From Takakia lepidozioides (Eukaryota; Plantae; Bryophyta): a stretch of DNA of 64,000 bases. The notes below the pieces were generated by a model. It had not been told where the DNA came from and ran no database searches. It saw nothing but the letters and a program-made list of their open reading frames with translations. Numbering within the stretch: position 1 is the first letter of the stretch; every line of letters starts with the position of its first letter. Positions 49,354-62,016 of this stretch are shown here, in pieces. The DNA is taken from contig CM060731.1 in NCBI GenBank assembly GCA_030704615.1, positions 4,650,001 to 4,714,000 on the forward strand, written 5' to 3'. Position numbers and translations under genes: made by a program.

Positions 49354-50001
49354 TGTCAAGGACGAGAACATGACTGAACACAAACAAGAGATCAGACTAG
49401 AGGTACAAGACTAGACAAGAAGTCAAGGTCGGCGTGGCCAAATGCATGGTGGGTAAACATGAATCAAGATGATCTTTATAACAATAGACAAGAGTACAAG
49501 ATACTGGAACTCGACTCGAATACTGGAATGCTGGAAACTGGACTGGGGTACCAAATACTGGAAACTGGACTAGAGTACTGGAAGCTGGACTGGAGTACTG
49601 AGATTGGGAACAAGAGTAGTTTGAACTTGTGTTGGCGAGACTGAAGAGTGTCCAGTCTCGCCTCCTATATATAGTGGCTACTAAGAAGTTCCCTAAGAAG
49701 CTTCATCTATAGAGGTTTCTTGATGGAGAAGTTTCCAAGATTAAGCAAATGTTTCTTGATAGAGAAGCTTCCTTAAACAAATGAGGTATCTTGATGGAGA
49801 AGTTTTCTCCAAATGAAGCTTCATGAGCAGTTTCCCAAGTTACTCTTGGTAATTTGATAAACTTCCGGTAACTTGATAACTAATGGTAAATCATGGTAGA
49901 TCATGATAAATCACGGTAAGTCATGGTAACTTCCGGTGATATGGTAACTTGGTAATTTTTGGTATACTCTTGGTAAGTTCTTCTGGGCTATGTCCGTGAC
50001 A
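49354..50001 (-). repeat. 5' LTR
   Basis: TG...CA, 648 bp, with a TATATATA box at 49666-49673. Confidence 0.95.
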
Positions 50002-50314
50002 GCAGCTGCCCTCTCCAAACTCGGTAGGGAATCCAAAAAAGTTGCCTATATTATTACTAAACAAAAAGCCACTGCAAACCACAAAAAATTTGTCTCCTCC
50101 TTCAACCAGTTACTGCATGACCATCCCAAGAAAGCCCACAAAGCCATATTTAACCCTGCACTTAACCCTCCCATTGACTGCCTTAAGCACCGACTGGGCC
50201 ACCTCCTAACTGACCCAAAAGACATAAACAATGAGATATGGATCCAAGCATCATCCTCATATACACCCACGGTTGCAAACTGCCTACATCCCAACCTACA
50301 CACTCCCAAGTGCA
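50002..50314 (+). pseudogene. LINE ORF2 fragment upstream of RT (5' partner of 61703-62016)
   Basis: HPKKAHKAIF..LLTDPKDINNEI...HTPKC joins in frame, across TSD GCA, to MCKVKHYPWHD...KAPGPD read downward from 62016. Confidence 0.85.
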
Positions 50315-51162
50315 CATTAGAAGCATTCGTGTCATTTACTACTGGGGTAACCACTCATTTTGAGTCGTAAAAGTCAAAAAAATGGGATCGACTGGAAGTT
50401 ACAAACGACTAGTTACAACAGACATGGTAGTTGGATTGAACATCCAATGATTGGAGTGGTAAAAGACGCAGACGCGCGAACAACTGCTCAACGATTAATG
50501 CGATTAATGTTGAAGAACCACGTGGCGTAACCAGGCCGCCCGCCCGTGTGTCTAACCTTTTGGGCTGACTTTGACTTCTCCCTCCGGATGAGTGGACTGA
50601 CTCACCGAGGCGCGGTGACACATGGACGCGGACGTGGACGCGGTGTCACATAACTTGGAGTGCTACATGTCAGGTGGCAACAGGGATTTTGTTATCGCCG
50701 GACCCAATTAATCCTGTTATCCAAGGACCAGATGTAGACCCGACCTTGCAGGAGAATGAGTGCAGGACTTACAATCATGAGCTGAGGCCGGACACCTACG
50801 ATTACCTGGTTTTTTTTTTTGCAGGGACGGAATGTCTTGTGTGAACATTTTCGGAGGACTGGCAATGACATACATTCTGCTTGTAAGTGGATTCTGCATC
50901 TTGGAATTGTCTGTGTTTTCGGTTTTCCCGGATTTAACTCTTGTATTATTGACGTTGTCGGAATAGCGTGTTTAACCTGTGTCTGATTGTTTCCATTTTG
51001 TTAACCTCCACTGGGCAGTGGAGGTTCATGTTATTAGAGTTGTGGGTGTTTTGGGTGTTTGTTATTCTGCAGTTTGGTGTGTTTGGTAGTTGTCTCAAAA
51101 GAAAGCCTAACCCTTTCAATCTTTCGATGGTTGGTGTTCCGGATTTATTTTGATATCATTGT

Positions 51163-52720
51163 TTGGTTTCATTGCAGGAAAGAAATATTCGTGTGCTCGA
51201 CATAAACTTTGTAACGAAAAAGAAATTTTGTAGAAGCAAGGTGGAGGCCTATTTCAGGACCCTCCAGATTGACAATCAGACTATTGCAGGAGACGGAGAT
51301 GACGGAGACTCACTGCAGGATGACGAAGTGGACGAAGAAGATGATGACGAAGGACACGACAAGGATCAGGACGAGGAAATGGAGGAGAAACAAGAAGAGG
51401 ACGACGAGGAGGAGAAAGACGAAGATGAGAACATGGAAATCGTCAACGGAGACCAGGGGCAGATGCGGCTAACGTGGGAAAGGGAAAGAGAGGGCCAGGA
51501 AATTTCCCAGTTGGATAATCTAGGTAATACTCCAAATACCCAAGAACGCGTTGCGCCAAAAGATGTGCACAATCTGGACAGCTCTTCCTCCAGTTCCGAT
51601 AACACCACGAATAAGAATCTGGCTTCTCCAGGGGGACAAGAAGCGACATCGAGGGAGTTAGTTGAAACCCTCGGTCAAGGGTTCACACCTGTGGAAGGTG
51701 ACGAGCCATTGATTATGTCACCGGATCCCGTTAACAATCGTCGTGAGCTGGTGTCCCATAATGTCACCCGGGAAGTGGTTCAAGATGTAGGTAACGAATG
51801 ACAATTAGTGAACGTTTATTCGTACACACTTCTGAATACAATATGACAATATTGTAATTATATATAATCCCAATGTTTCTCCCATATCCGTCTTTTTGGA
51901 CTTCCAAATAAAACATATTTCCACCCGGACACATATTTCCGTTCGCACACCTTTGTGGACAGCCACTAACCGATTTGGATAGCTTTTCTTGTAGATCCAA
52001 GAATCCAATCCGGAGGAAATGACACACACAAGAAAATGATCAAAGGAGACTCAAACGGTGAAGAGACACGTGGATCTGACAGTGAGGGCCAGGTCACCTG
52101 AGCCGGTTCCGCAAGTAACCTCCACTGTCCAGTCGACGTTGCCATCAAGGGACGTAGGGATTGAGTCGGAGAATCCTCCTACTCGCGGGGAAGGAGAAGA
52201 CATAGAGCACCACAATCGCGTAATCCAACAACAGATCCCGATTCGGGTAAAACATTGGCTTTATTCTTATTACTCTTATTATTGGTCTTTCATTCTCATC
52301 TTCGGTATTGCTCAATTCGGTAATTTTGTCAGATCATTTTGGACCACCATAGTCGTCATCTGTGGGCTTTTTCATTAATTTCCTATAGATTCGTGAGACG
52401 ACGTCTGAGGAGATCAAACACACGAGGACCGACTCCATCGACACTGAGACGGTGAAGAGAAGAGTGGATCGAACAATTACTGTCGCTCTATCTGAGCCGG
52501 TCATACGAGTTACCTCCACTGGACAGTTGAGGTTGCCATCTGGCTCCACAGAGAAGGACGATAACGTTGGACGTAGAGATAGGAAAGAGGAGGAGCAGCC
52601 TGCCTAGGGATCTCAGCGGCCGACTCCAAAAACGGTAATGATTTCAACTCCATTCTTCCATTTGTCTACTTTGGGATTTCTCAAATTGAAATTAATAATG
52701 AACTCTTCTGTTATTCCACA
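51163..52720 (+). pseudogene. Acidic/low-complexity exons of a CACTA cargo gene
   Basis: A D/E-rich ORF (51163-51801) with an AG acceptor at ~51177, followed by short exon-like segments with internal repeats. Confidence 0.45.
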
Positions 52721-52799
52721 GGACAACATGCATTACCCTATAGTCGACTATTCCATTTCTGTCAATCCAAACGATCTGCATTCCCTTCCTTAGGGACCG

Positions 52800-54710
52800 A
52801 ACGGATGCCGAGGATACTACATCCTGGTTCTGGACATCGGTTACCTTTGTGAGGTTTTCCTAAAGGATGGAAAGAAAACACCTCTTGCCACCCAGCCTTG
52901 TATCTCCGCAGGGAAATTCAAGTTAGCTACGCGAAACGGTCTTGACGAATTCGTTAAGTGGGCCGTCAAAAAGTTTGCCGTTTGTTTTTGGAACACTGGA
53001 CCTGAAATGAACGTCGAGACTATCGTAAAGCCGTGTTCGGGAAGTACTATTGTCAGAACTTACAGCAGTGAGAATTCCGTCATGCATAGATCGACATTCA
53101 ACGAAAAATGGCCCAAAGCTTCTAAAAATCCCATCTACTTTAAACGTATTTACGACATTTTCACTGAGGAAGACCCGACAACTTACAAATCCAATACTCT
53201 CCTCATCGACACTGTAAACAATATGTACAAGTCCTACTTGAACCCGTTAGGACATACCATCTTCCTTCCAAAATATAAGGTGCGCGTGGACCCTGACAGG
53301 GATAATTTTCTATTGGAAGAGCTCCAGCCTCATCTTAACATGTTCTGGTTATCGGGGATGGATGTCATGCCGTTCAACGACCTACATCCTTTCGGCGTTT
53401 CGAAGGATTTCTTCGAGGACGACCCAACGGTCAAATTTCTTAGAGACTTTGATTATAGGTGGCAGAAGTTTCTTAGCAATCTCGAGTTGCCTGCCGCTGC
53501 ATTGGGACATAAAATATTTTAACTGAGTTTGGTGAATCTCGGCTGTCCACTGGACGTTCTTGTTCACTTTCCTGGTGTCGGTTTTTCCAATGCATTGTAC
53601 TGTTCACTTTTATCATCCTAAGTATGAATCACTCTGTGGTAGATTGGAGCACCTGTTTCTCCTCGTGCGCAAGGGTTGCGTTTGATTATTTTTGACGTGA
53701 ATGGAGTCTTGTGCAAAATCTTGAAGCACCAGAAGAGCTACAATGTCCCCCGGTTTTCAGAATCGGACTACAGAATTCCAGCTCTTGTCGGATTCCGACT
53801 TGTCTTTAGACGGGAGAAATATCGCGAAGTGTGGACAGAGTTGCACAAACACTTCCGGTTAGGGATTTGGAGCTCTATGATGTACAAGAACTTGCAGCCC
53901 ATCCTGGATTTTTTGCTTCGTGGTCTACCTCAACCGTCCTTCGTTATGTCTCAAGAGGATTGTATTTCATGCCCTACTTCGGTTCACCCTCAATTCAAAT
54001 CAGGATTGGACCCTCCTCATTTGTTTTTGAAGCCACTGGTCAAGGTCTAGAAGGGATTTGGTGGGCAATACACCAAGAGTAACACTCTGCTCATTGACGA
54101 CACCGCCATGAAGTGTGTATTGAACCCGCCCGACTCATGTCTTGTTCTCAAACCGTTCCAGACCGTTGAGACTGATGGTTGCTATCTTCTCAAGGTTCTT
54201 CAGACTTATTTGCTTGGAATGAGGAAACATCCCACTGTTTCAAGCTATCTTAGGAAAAAAATGATATGAATGTTGCAGACATCTTGGAAGTGGTGATGCA
54301 GGGGGCAAGGGTTCTTCCCTCTTCGTGTGGTCACAAGAGGAGTGTGACCCCTCGACAGAGCCACACCCCACAAAAGGGCCTGCCGTACAGAACTTACAGA
54401 AGAGAGGGTGTGGTCAGAATTTTCTGGATTTAACGAATCCAACACCCTCTTAGTGGACGATTCACCACATAAGGGGAAGGGGAACTCCCCTTTGAACATG
54501 GTCCATCCATTGTCGTTTGATGTTACTGGCAATGTCAGTGAGGGGGCCCGATTCATACTACCTTTTAGAACAGTCTGGCCCTACTGCCAAGATTTGTTTT
54601 GCTCCAAAGATGTGCGTGTCTTCACAAGCACGCGGAAGCTGACCCCGACTGGCAGCTTGAATGCGGGAGAGGATGGGGTCGTTGGGGGAAGTGCTTCTTT
54701 GCCCATGCAG
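52800..54710 (+). pseudogene. Three tandem FCP1/SCP-like (NIF, HAD-fold) phosphatase-like domains
   Basis: Domain 1: ILVLDIGYL..RNGLDEFVKWAVKKFAVCFW..NTLLIDT. Domain 2: LIIFDVNGVL..HFRLGIWSSM..FVMSQEDC..FLKPL..NTLLIDDT. Domain 3 (N-terminus deleted): FVWSQEEC..NTLLVDDSPHKG..N..HP. Confidence 0.8.
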
Positions 54711-55479
54711 GTGAAACTAACCTTACTGTTTGCAACATGACATCGAAGCCAAATGAGATGTTTGTTTTGTTCCCCCCGGATGCCCTCTCACGCATGGCTG
54801 GCACTATATGTTTTGCAGGGACTACAGGGAGTGGCAGTGGGGTCGAATGCGAAGAAGGTGGGTCCTGCGCCAAGGACCATAGTGCTACGGCGTCAGCATT
54901 CCGGATCTGCCCCCCGGCATGAGGAGCCAGCGCCCAAGGTATGGTTTGTTCCCAGCCCCTATCCGCAAACTTGCTTGGCTGGTTTCCTTTATGAATACAC
55001 TTCTTGAAGCGTTGCATTGTGTGTTCATTGCAGGTGAGCAAGAGGAGTGGGCTGTCCCCGGCAGCATCATCGCAGCAGGACGTGGTTCCCCAGGCATGCA
55101 TTCATGGCTCCTTGTTTTCGCCTGGTTTCTAGTAGGGTTATTTTTGCCAGGAAGTTGTAGTGTGCAGGGTCTGAGCAGGGTGTTTGTTAGCTTGCTCCGT
55201 GGAGGTGTGTTTATACCATTGCAGCAACCAGAGTTCATGTTATTCTTATCCGTCTGACTAAACCTCTTTTCGCTGTTGCAATTGAAGACACGTGGGCAGC
55301 TTTCCTCGGTTGCCACCCTCAGCGACGAGCCTCGCTTCAAGGTACGTTGGAACACCCCGAATTTGCTGCTGATTCAGTATCGTGGCAACCAAGATCGTTT
55401 CCAAGCCCACGTGCGCTTGACTTTCACCCTGCCATTGCTATGTTTGTTGCTGAGTGGCAGTTGATGTTGGTGTCTGCAG

Positions 55480-55690
55480 TTATCAGATCATGTGTTTATC
55501 CTGAACCCCAATGACAAGCGGTCAAAGACAGTCGCAGCAAAGGCGGAAGTGGTGGGAATAGCCGGGGTTGACAAGTTCCACTGCAAGGACATTCGTTCCG
55601 GGTGGTACAAGGTGAAAGTCCACGAGATCATGCTTCCAAGTGTTACGTTGCCTTGCCCAAATCTGGACGATCCACTGACTGTGGTCGTCC
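55480..55690 (+). pseudogene. CACTA TnpA-associated (Transposase_23/Tnp1-En/Spm-like) domain fragment
   Basis: VAAKAEVVGIAGVDKFHCKDIRSGWYKVKVHEIMLPSVTLPCPN matches the VA.G...FH...I..GW.KV.V.....LP.P pattern. Truncated at ~55690. Confidence 0.6.
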
Positions 55691-55694
55691 GGAT

Positions 55695-57020
55695 TCACCA
55701 TCTCTTCAGTTGTTGCCGGAAATACGTAGTCGAGGCAGAGGACCGTTCGGGAGAAAATAGTCGTGCAGCTCTTGTAAGGTGATTCAAACTCGCCGGGAAT
55801 GTAATAACCCTGTCGGATAATAAACGATTTGATCCAGGGCCATTCCGGATGTATGACACAAGATTTCCCGATGATTCTTGTGTCGAGAAAAACAGAAAAG
55901 CACTGGACATGAGCTTCCGAGCCACAAAAGCATCCAGGATATTTGAGTAGTCATTTGCCTCGAAGACAACAGAGTCATCATCACAAACTGTATTGACAAA
56001 CACCATGGATATGTCGTCGAACCGATTCTTTGGTGCAAGTCCCAACCATGATCTGGCATCACCAAATTTCTGGTTCCCCCCCAGCTGTGTGTAATGGGAC
56101 CTAAAGCTCGTGCGTAGAATGGCCAGGGCATTCTGTTTATCCTCGAAGGTCTGCTTGCACGATAAGATATACTTCTTGAAGGCAGTAGTCATTGGCTGCG
56201 TCTCCATATTAATCATCTGTTTGCTAACAATGTAGTCGTTCCCGAGCCTATCTCGAAATGTTTCTAACTCAGCTTTGTTGAAGTTGTATTTTTTTTTAAC
56301 ATCACGCCACTCTTGTTTGGTATACAATTCTGGGTTCTGTTTGCTCCTCCGAGGCCACCCTAAGGCTTCCATTACATCGTCGATAATAAACCGTCGCAAT
56401 TTCATTTGGTCAATATACGCGCTCATTGTGTTTTTGGATTTGTCCGCGCCCTTGAATTTCGTTCCCCGAATGCAAATGTCTCTATTTAGGATTTTCTCCG
56501 CCACTCTTTTCAACTGCCTGCTATTAAGTCCTTGCAGTTTCGTGATAGCGGTTTTATTCAACGGTAGCTGTTCACCCTTGCACTGAATCCCGAAAATATC
56601 AATAAGCTTCTCTTGTTCCCATTGTTTGAAAACCTCCTCCCACAGGTTCCATACGTCTTCGTCACAGAGAACCAGATCCATGGTCTCCTTCACGCTACTC
56701 ATCTCCAGTATGAGTTGACATGCTTGCATAAATTCCTACGAAAATTATCAGGGCCAAAGTTAGACATTTCATTCGATATTTGATATTAATTTTGAGATGA
56801 AACAATAGTCACAACTATCTTGTCAATTATACTTTACACCAAGTGATGATTCGATTGTCAATTCATCTCCGTCCATCTTGTTGTGCCTTGTAATTTGAAG
56901 CTCTTTCTGAAGTGTCTCCTGCTTCGGAATGCGGTGCTCCTCCAAATCAAATTTGTCCAATCTGTTCATGTTCTCCACCAGGAACAGTTCCAAGAGTGTA
57001 CCTAGCAAATCCTTGAACAC
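55695..57020 (-). CDS. Unknown protein of the CACTA element (344-aa exon plus probable upstream exon), truncated at both ends
   Basis: Long open frame 56729-55695 with an AG acceptor near 56738. ORF 57020-56823 lies upstream. Confidence 0.55.
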
Positions 57021-57760
57021 TCCAAACCTTATTGTACTACCATGTTACATCTTTTCAATGTTTCATGCTCTTTTAATATTTTCTTTTGTTGGATAAGGTA
57101 TGATAGAATGATTACAGGGATATCAAATTCCTCAACCATTTCTTAATTCCACCGAGTGTGAGTCCATCATATTTGTTTGTCTTTTTGTACCCTAAATCCA
57201 AACCCTAAACCCTTACCCTTATTGTAAACCCAAACCTTATTACATTTCTCTCTAGTTACACCCCAAACCTTATTGTACTACCCTAGTACCTCTTCCGAAT
57301 GTTTCATGTTATTCTAATATTTTACTGCATGCCCTTGTCACATCCAAAACATGATTCATTCCAATGGCGTGGTATGTGAACATTGTGCTTCATATGAAGA
57401 TTCAATCAATAAAATTACTAGCAAGTTGTATCGAGTATGGTAGAGTACGAGTTTGGCCCATGTTCGATGCGACCCTTTTGTTTATCATAATGACCTGCAA
57501 CGGAATATTACTTTATTCGACTTCCAAGTGGACGTTCAATGAATTGTTCAATACTGCTACTTCACATTGAGCACTTCAATGTCAAATGGATCTCTTCTAT
57601 GACACATTTTGAAACAAGTATGACATCACCTGAAATTTCACAAAGTTCAATCACACATTACACAATGATATTATTAATATTTCAATTAAATTTAATACAA
57701 ATATATATTAAGTTTAGTCCAGATTTAAGCCAAAAGTCCAGAATTAATTAAAATAGGGTT

Positions 57761-58472
57761 AATATATGGCTGCATCTCAAGCTACAAGGCAAGCATTATG
57801 GTTATCATCATTTCTATCTAGTATTGGTCGTCCACAGAGGGATACCATGGTCATATATGATGACAACCAAGGGTGTATTGCTCTCTCAAGGAATCCAATG
57901 TTTCATGCTCGCACAAAGCATATTGAGATTCATCATCATTTGGTACGAGAGAAGACTGAAGCTGGAGTTGTCAAGCTTGTATATTGCAACACCAACAATA
58001 TGGTTGCAGACATACTGATAAAAGGGCTTAGTGCTGCAAAACTTGAACGCTTTCGAGGCTTGATGGGAGTAGTTAAGTGCTTAACTTGGTAACTCGTTGA
58101 GTGGGGGTGTTGGAAATCAACTCCTGACCAAGTTACTACTACCTAGAATTACTAACAAGTCAGGCTTCCATAATAGCAGTGCTGACAAGTCACAATTAAC
58201 AATAGAGATAAGCCTCAGTTAGCTAAAAGATAGCTAAAGTTAGTTTCAGTTATTAGTGACTCAAGTCATTGTACTAGAATAGCAGGTGGAGATAACTTAA
58301 GTAAAAGCATAGAGTTACGCTATAGTTATCTCAGCTATTTCTGGATTAGACTTTGAGTATAAATAGGGAGAGCTTGAAGGGTGGACACAGGCTTGTTGTG
58401 GTCCTATGGTTGGGTGGAGAGTTCTCAGTAATCAGTTCATCTTTTATCTCTATTCTATGTCGAATTCCAACA
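57761..58472 (+). mobile_element. Ty1/Copia 3' fragment: RNase H, PPT and 3' LTR
   Basis: YMAASQATRQALWL..DDNQGCIALSRNPMFHARTKHIEIHHH..MVADILIKGL; PPT GAGTGGGGG; LTR 58108-58472 (TGTTGGAA...TTCCAACA). Confidence 0.92.
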
Positions 58473-61400
58473 AACTTGAGGAAACAAATGGAAAAAGAAA
58501 ATTATATACATGCAAAAGATGTAACCTACGTTGTTTCCATCCAAGAGTTGTGTTTTCATTCATCCAAGTCTGCTGAGGGGTAAATATGTGAGAAATGAAA
58601 ATAAAAGTTAAAGCTTGGTTATTGAATGTCCAACGGATTATTTTATTTTATTTTTTAAGGGGATAGAGGCCCTTTTAATCAAATTAAATCAGATAAATGT
58701 TCACAAAAAGATGGAAAAAATAACCACCGTAAGGCTCACTAACTAAGGGGGAACATCCCCGTAACCACAGCATTCGAGCTACAAGCAGGAAAAGGGGGGG
58801 TGGGGTTGGGGATGTCTCAACGGATTTCTAGATGCGAGAGAGGTCAATGGAGGATTGCTCCCCTTTTCTTTTAAGAACAATAACAATAAATAAAAAATAA
58901 AAAATGGAGGGTTGTGTGATCAGGAGAGCAAGGGCAATGTGATGCATGCGAGACGCAGGCTCGTAGTAGTCGGCGCCGCGCGTGTGGGGCAATTGCTGAA
59001 ATGAGTTGGCGATACGAGGCGATAGTGCCACGTCGGAGTGGCAAAACACAACGCCACGTGCGAGAGCGCTATCTGGATGCGGCGTCCGGGGAGCAGCACC
59101 GGACGCTTTTGGCCAGAAGCCACCACGTGCCATTCGAACACGGGACGCAACTATAAAGTACACGTGTCGCTTAACGAACTTCATGCACACTTCCCACTCT
59201 CGACGTTTCTACTGTTCCGTATGCGTAATAAAGTGGATGAAAGCTGCGTCTCATCCATTCGCGTGGTTGGCTTGGCTCGACTTGACTGTCAATGAGCGCC
59301 ATCAGCAGCGTGGCCAAGAATCTGTCTCTGCACACGTGCTCATCATCCAACTGAGCCACGAGGCTAGTCGCTCCACAACGCCGCCGCCGGCAGCACGCTT
59401 GCCATCATTCCGGGACGGCAAAACATTTGGATAGAATGCGGCGCAGATAGGCTGCCTACACGCCACTCAAAAGTGCTCGCGTGGGGCCGCCCGAACACTT
59501 CCTGGGTCACCCATTCCCACTGTTCCTTTCTTTTTTAAGAGAGAGAACAGAGCACCGGCGCTTTTCTCGTGACAGCACCCCTTGAACAGAGGGGCGGGCC
59601 CCGGGCCGGGCCGCTCTGTGGTCCCAACATGTACCGGTCACCCGTGTAAAACAAAAGCGCCCTTTGTGCATTCATCCGCACAGTGACCTCCACGTCACAG
59701 ATGGACCGTTGGTTACGGGTTACAGTCCTGGGCAGATGCAAATTTCAGCGGAGTTGACGCTTGACGCCACACAGAAGCTGCCACGTGACCTTCCGAGCCA
59801 AAGTCCCGGTAGATTTCCTAGAAAGGAGAAAGAGAGAGAACAGCTGGCAGAGATGATGACATGCACACAATCCTCAATTCACATGGGCCCCATGAGACTT
59901 TCCATGGATGGGCATCCGATGGGCATGGCCGGGATCACAAGTACGACCCGTAAACGCAGACGTGAACTAACTCGACCCCCCGCCACCCTCTCCTTACCGC
60001 TCACGTGTCCCTCATTCCGGCGGGTCGCTCGTCAACCCTGGTTAATGTCCTGGTCAAATAGAAGACTGCGCTGTAGGTCAAACTCAGAGTTTAAATGAAC
60101 TGCGGTTGAATTTTAATGGAAATAGTTCGGAGTTGAAATCTGCTTGCTCACAGAGAGCCTGGACTCCAGCGCTGGATGCGTGTGCAGTCCGGATAATGTA
60201 TATTGTAAACCTTCCACTACAAAAACATGTTGAATGAAGTGGATAGTATCCACCGACCGATACAATGGGATATGTTCGATATTCTGCGATGGAGTGTAAA
60301 TCACCATCGCTTTAGACAGGATCATTGTGATGCCCGTCTTCAGACTTGGATCAGATTCTCCTTCCTATCAAAGATTTGATGCCAAAGGGGTTGATCAAAT
60401 CGTAGAGGAACACATGATATTCACACACCAGATCACCTTGTACAAGGAACACCATACCACACAATCTTCTCAAAAGACGCCCCTCTTATTGCCTCACTTC
60501 TACATTTATACTTCGAACCAAACGTTTGAGACTAGGGACGCGAGCCCACCAGTGGTCACCGGAGCCCTTGATGAGGGTCGCAAAGAGAGGACTCCAGCCA
60601 GAGTGGGCCTAAAATAGGCTAACTTAGAGCCTCTTCACCTAGTCGCACATAGGTAAAGAAGCCCAAGGGAATGATCTGTGGATTGTCGCCAAAAGTGAGG
60701 GGAAAAATAGAATACAAGCAACAATAAATGCATGGAATACATGCAAGCCTGCCCTGCCTTATTGTAATTATGACGAGGTTGTAAAAATCTGGAAGATCAC
60801 ACACTGCCTACACATTCTTAGAACATTCCACCAACCTGAATATGCGAGATATGCCAGTTTTCTGCAATGTAATAAAGAGCATGACCGCTCTATCACTATT
60901 TTAGTGAGGCATATGGTGAGGCACGCAAGCTAGAGAGTGCGTGGGCAGCAAAAGCCCATGAGTAATGGTGCGAGGCTGAGGTGGCCATGGGCCCCGCCAC
61001 CTTGTGAGTACATGTGAGGCTGAGTTGTTGTCACTGGCAGCGGATCCTTAGTGCGGGAGAATGCCGCACTCCAAGCGGGCTGTAGATAAGCTTAGTGCGG
61101 AGTGGCACGAAATTTGGTGAGGGTCACTATTTTGAAATGCGAGAATGTGCTGCTGGCGACGCGCGATCCTGTTCAAAATTGGCGGGCGCGCTATTTTGAA
61201 GATGGAGCGCCAGAAAACCCTGCTGATGGTGTCCTTTGTGCATTTGTCTAGTTAGTTACACAATGAACTACATCCTGTTTACATATTTCATCTTGATGTC
61301 ATATGATGTATTTGAAGAGATTGTAAGAATGTCAAGGCCTTGAAACATGTGATTCATGATTGTCAATAACCAACACATATTGTCCCACCTAGTACATTCA

Positions 61401-61702
61401 CTTTAAACTTTAAAGCACATCCCAACCAAGCAGCGAACTGTCACAGCTTGGATTCCACTTTCATCATAATTCCAAATTGAAGCCTATAGACTGTGGACAA
61501 TTAAGATAGGAATGAGCAACTACATCTTAAGAGACATTTGCGAGCTCACTCCAAACCTTCTGCTGTGCACTGCAAAAATTAAGGTATCGTCGGAAATGGT
61601 TCCACCCCCTTTTATCTGGATTGTCATCAGTGAAAGGAGTTGTGCGATCAAAATTGAGATTAGACTTGACTCTAGCTTGTAAGATATTGGACACAACACA
61701 CA

Positions 61703-62016
61703 TCAGTTAGTGAGATTTGTGGGGTCACCTTTTTTGAATAATATGATGGTACGGCTATGTTTCCAAGAGTGTGGGATACGTTGTAGCCGGTGGAAAAATT
61801 TAAAGATGAGTTGGTGTAGTTGCGGATTAAGTGCTTGGAGTATGGCGTTGGGTATCAGGTCGGGGCCGGGGGCTTTATATTTAGAGAGGGCTTTAAGACA
61901 AGATTCGTAAAGGTCAATTGTAAATAGGTCAGAGATATGATTTGTAGACGATCTCCGTTTATCTATTGAGAAGCAGTCGATGTCATGCCATGGATAATGT
62001 TTAACTTTGCACATGC
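61703..62016 (-). pseudogene. LINE RT N-terminal fragment
   Basis: KAPGPDLIPNAIL...IPHSWKHSRTIILFKKGDPTNLTN. Confidence 0.9.

Larger units (their letters stand above)
44459..50001 (-). mobile_element. Ty3/Gypsy chromovirus (Tcn1/Tf1-like), internally deleted
   Basis: LTRs at 44459-45063 and 49354-50001 (TGTCAAGGAC...GTCCGTGACA). PPT AGAGGAGGGGGTGA on the minus strand next to 45064. gag, RT, RNase H, integrase and chromodomain are present; the protease region is missing. Confidence 0.95.
50315..57760. mobile_element. Left arm of a second CACTA element (right boundary approximate)
   Basis: Starts CATTAGAAGCATTCGTGTC, one mismatch from CACTAGAAGCATTCGTGTC at 62017, and is preceded by GCA. Has GAGTCG/CGACT subterminal motifs and a TnpA-like domain. 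Confidence 0.8.

Noticed and set aside
57190-57240. Telomere-like CCCTAAA variants
   Set aside because: Short and degenerate; not evidence of a chromosome end.
58600-61700. Short overlapping ORFs in a GC-richer region
   Set aside because: No domain motifs or definable termini; left unannotated.
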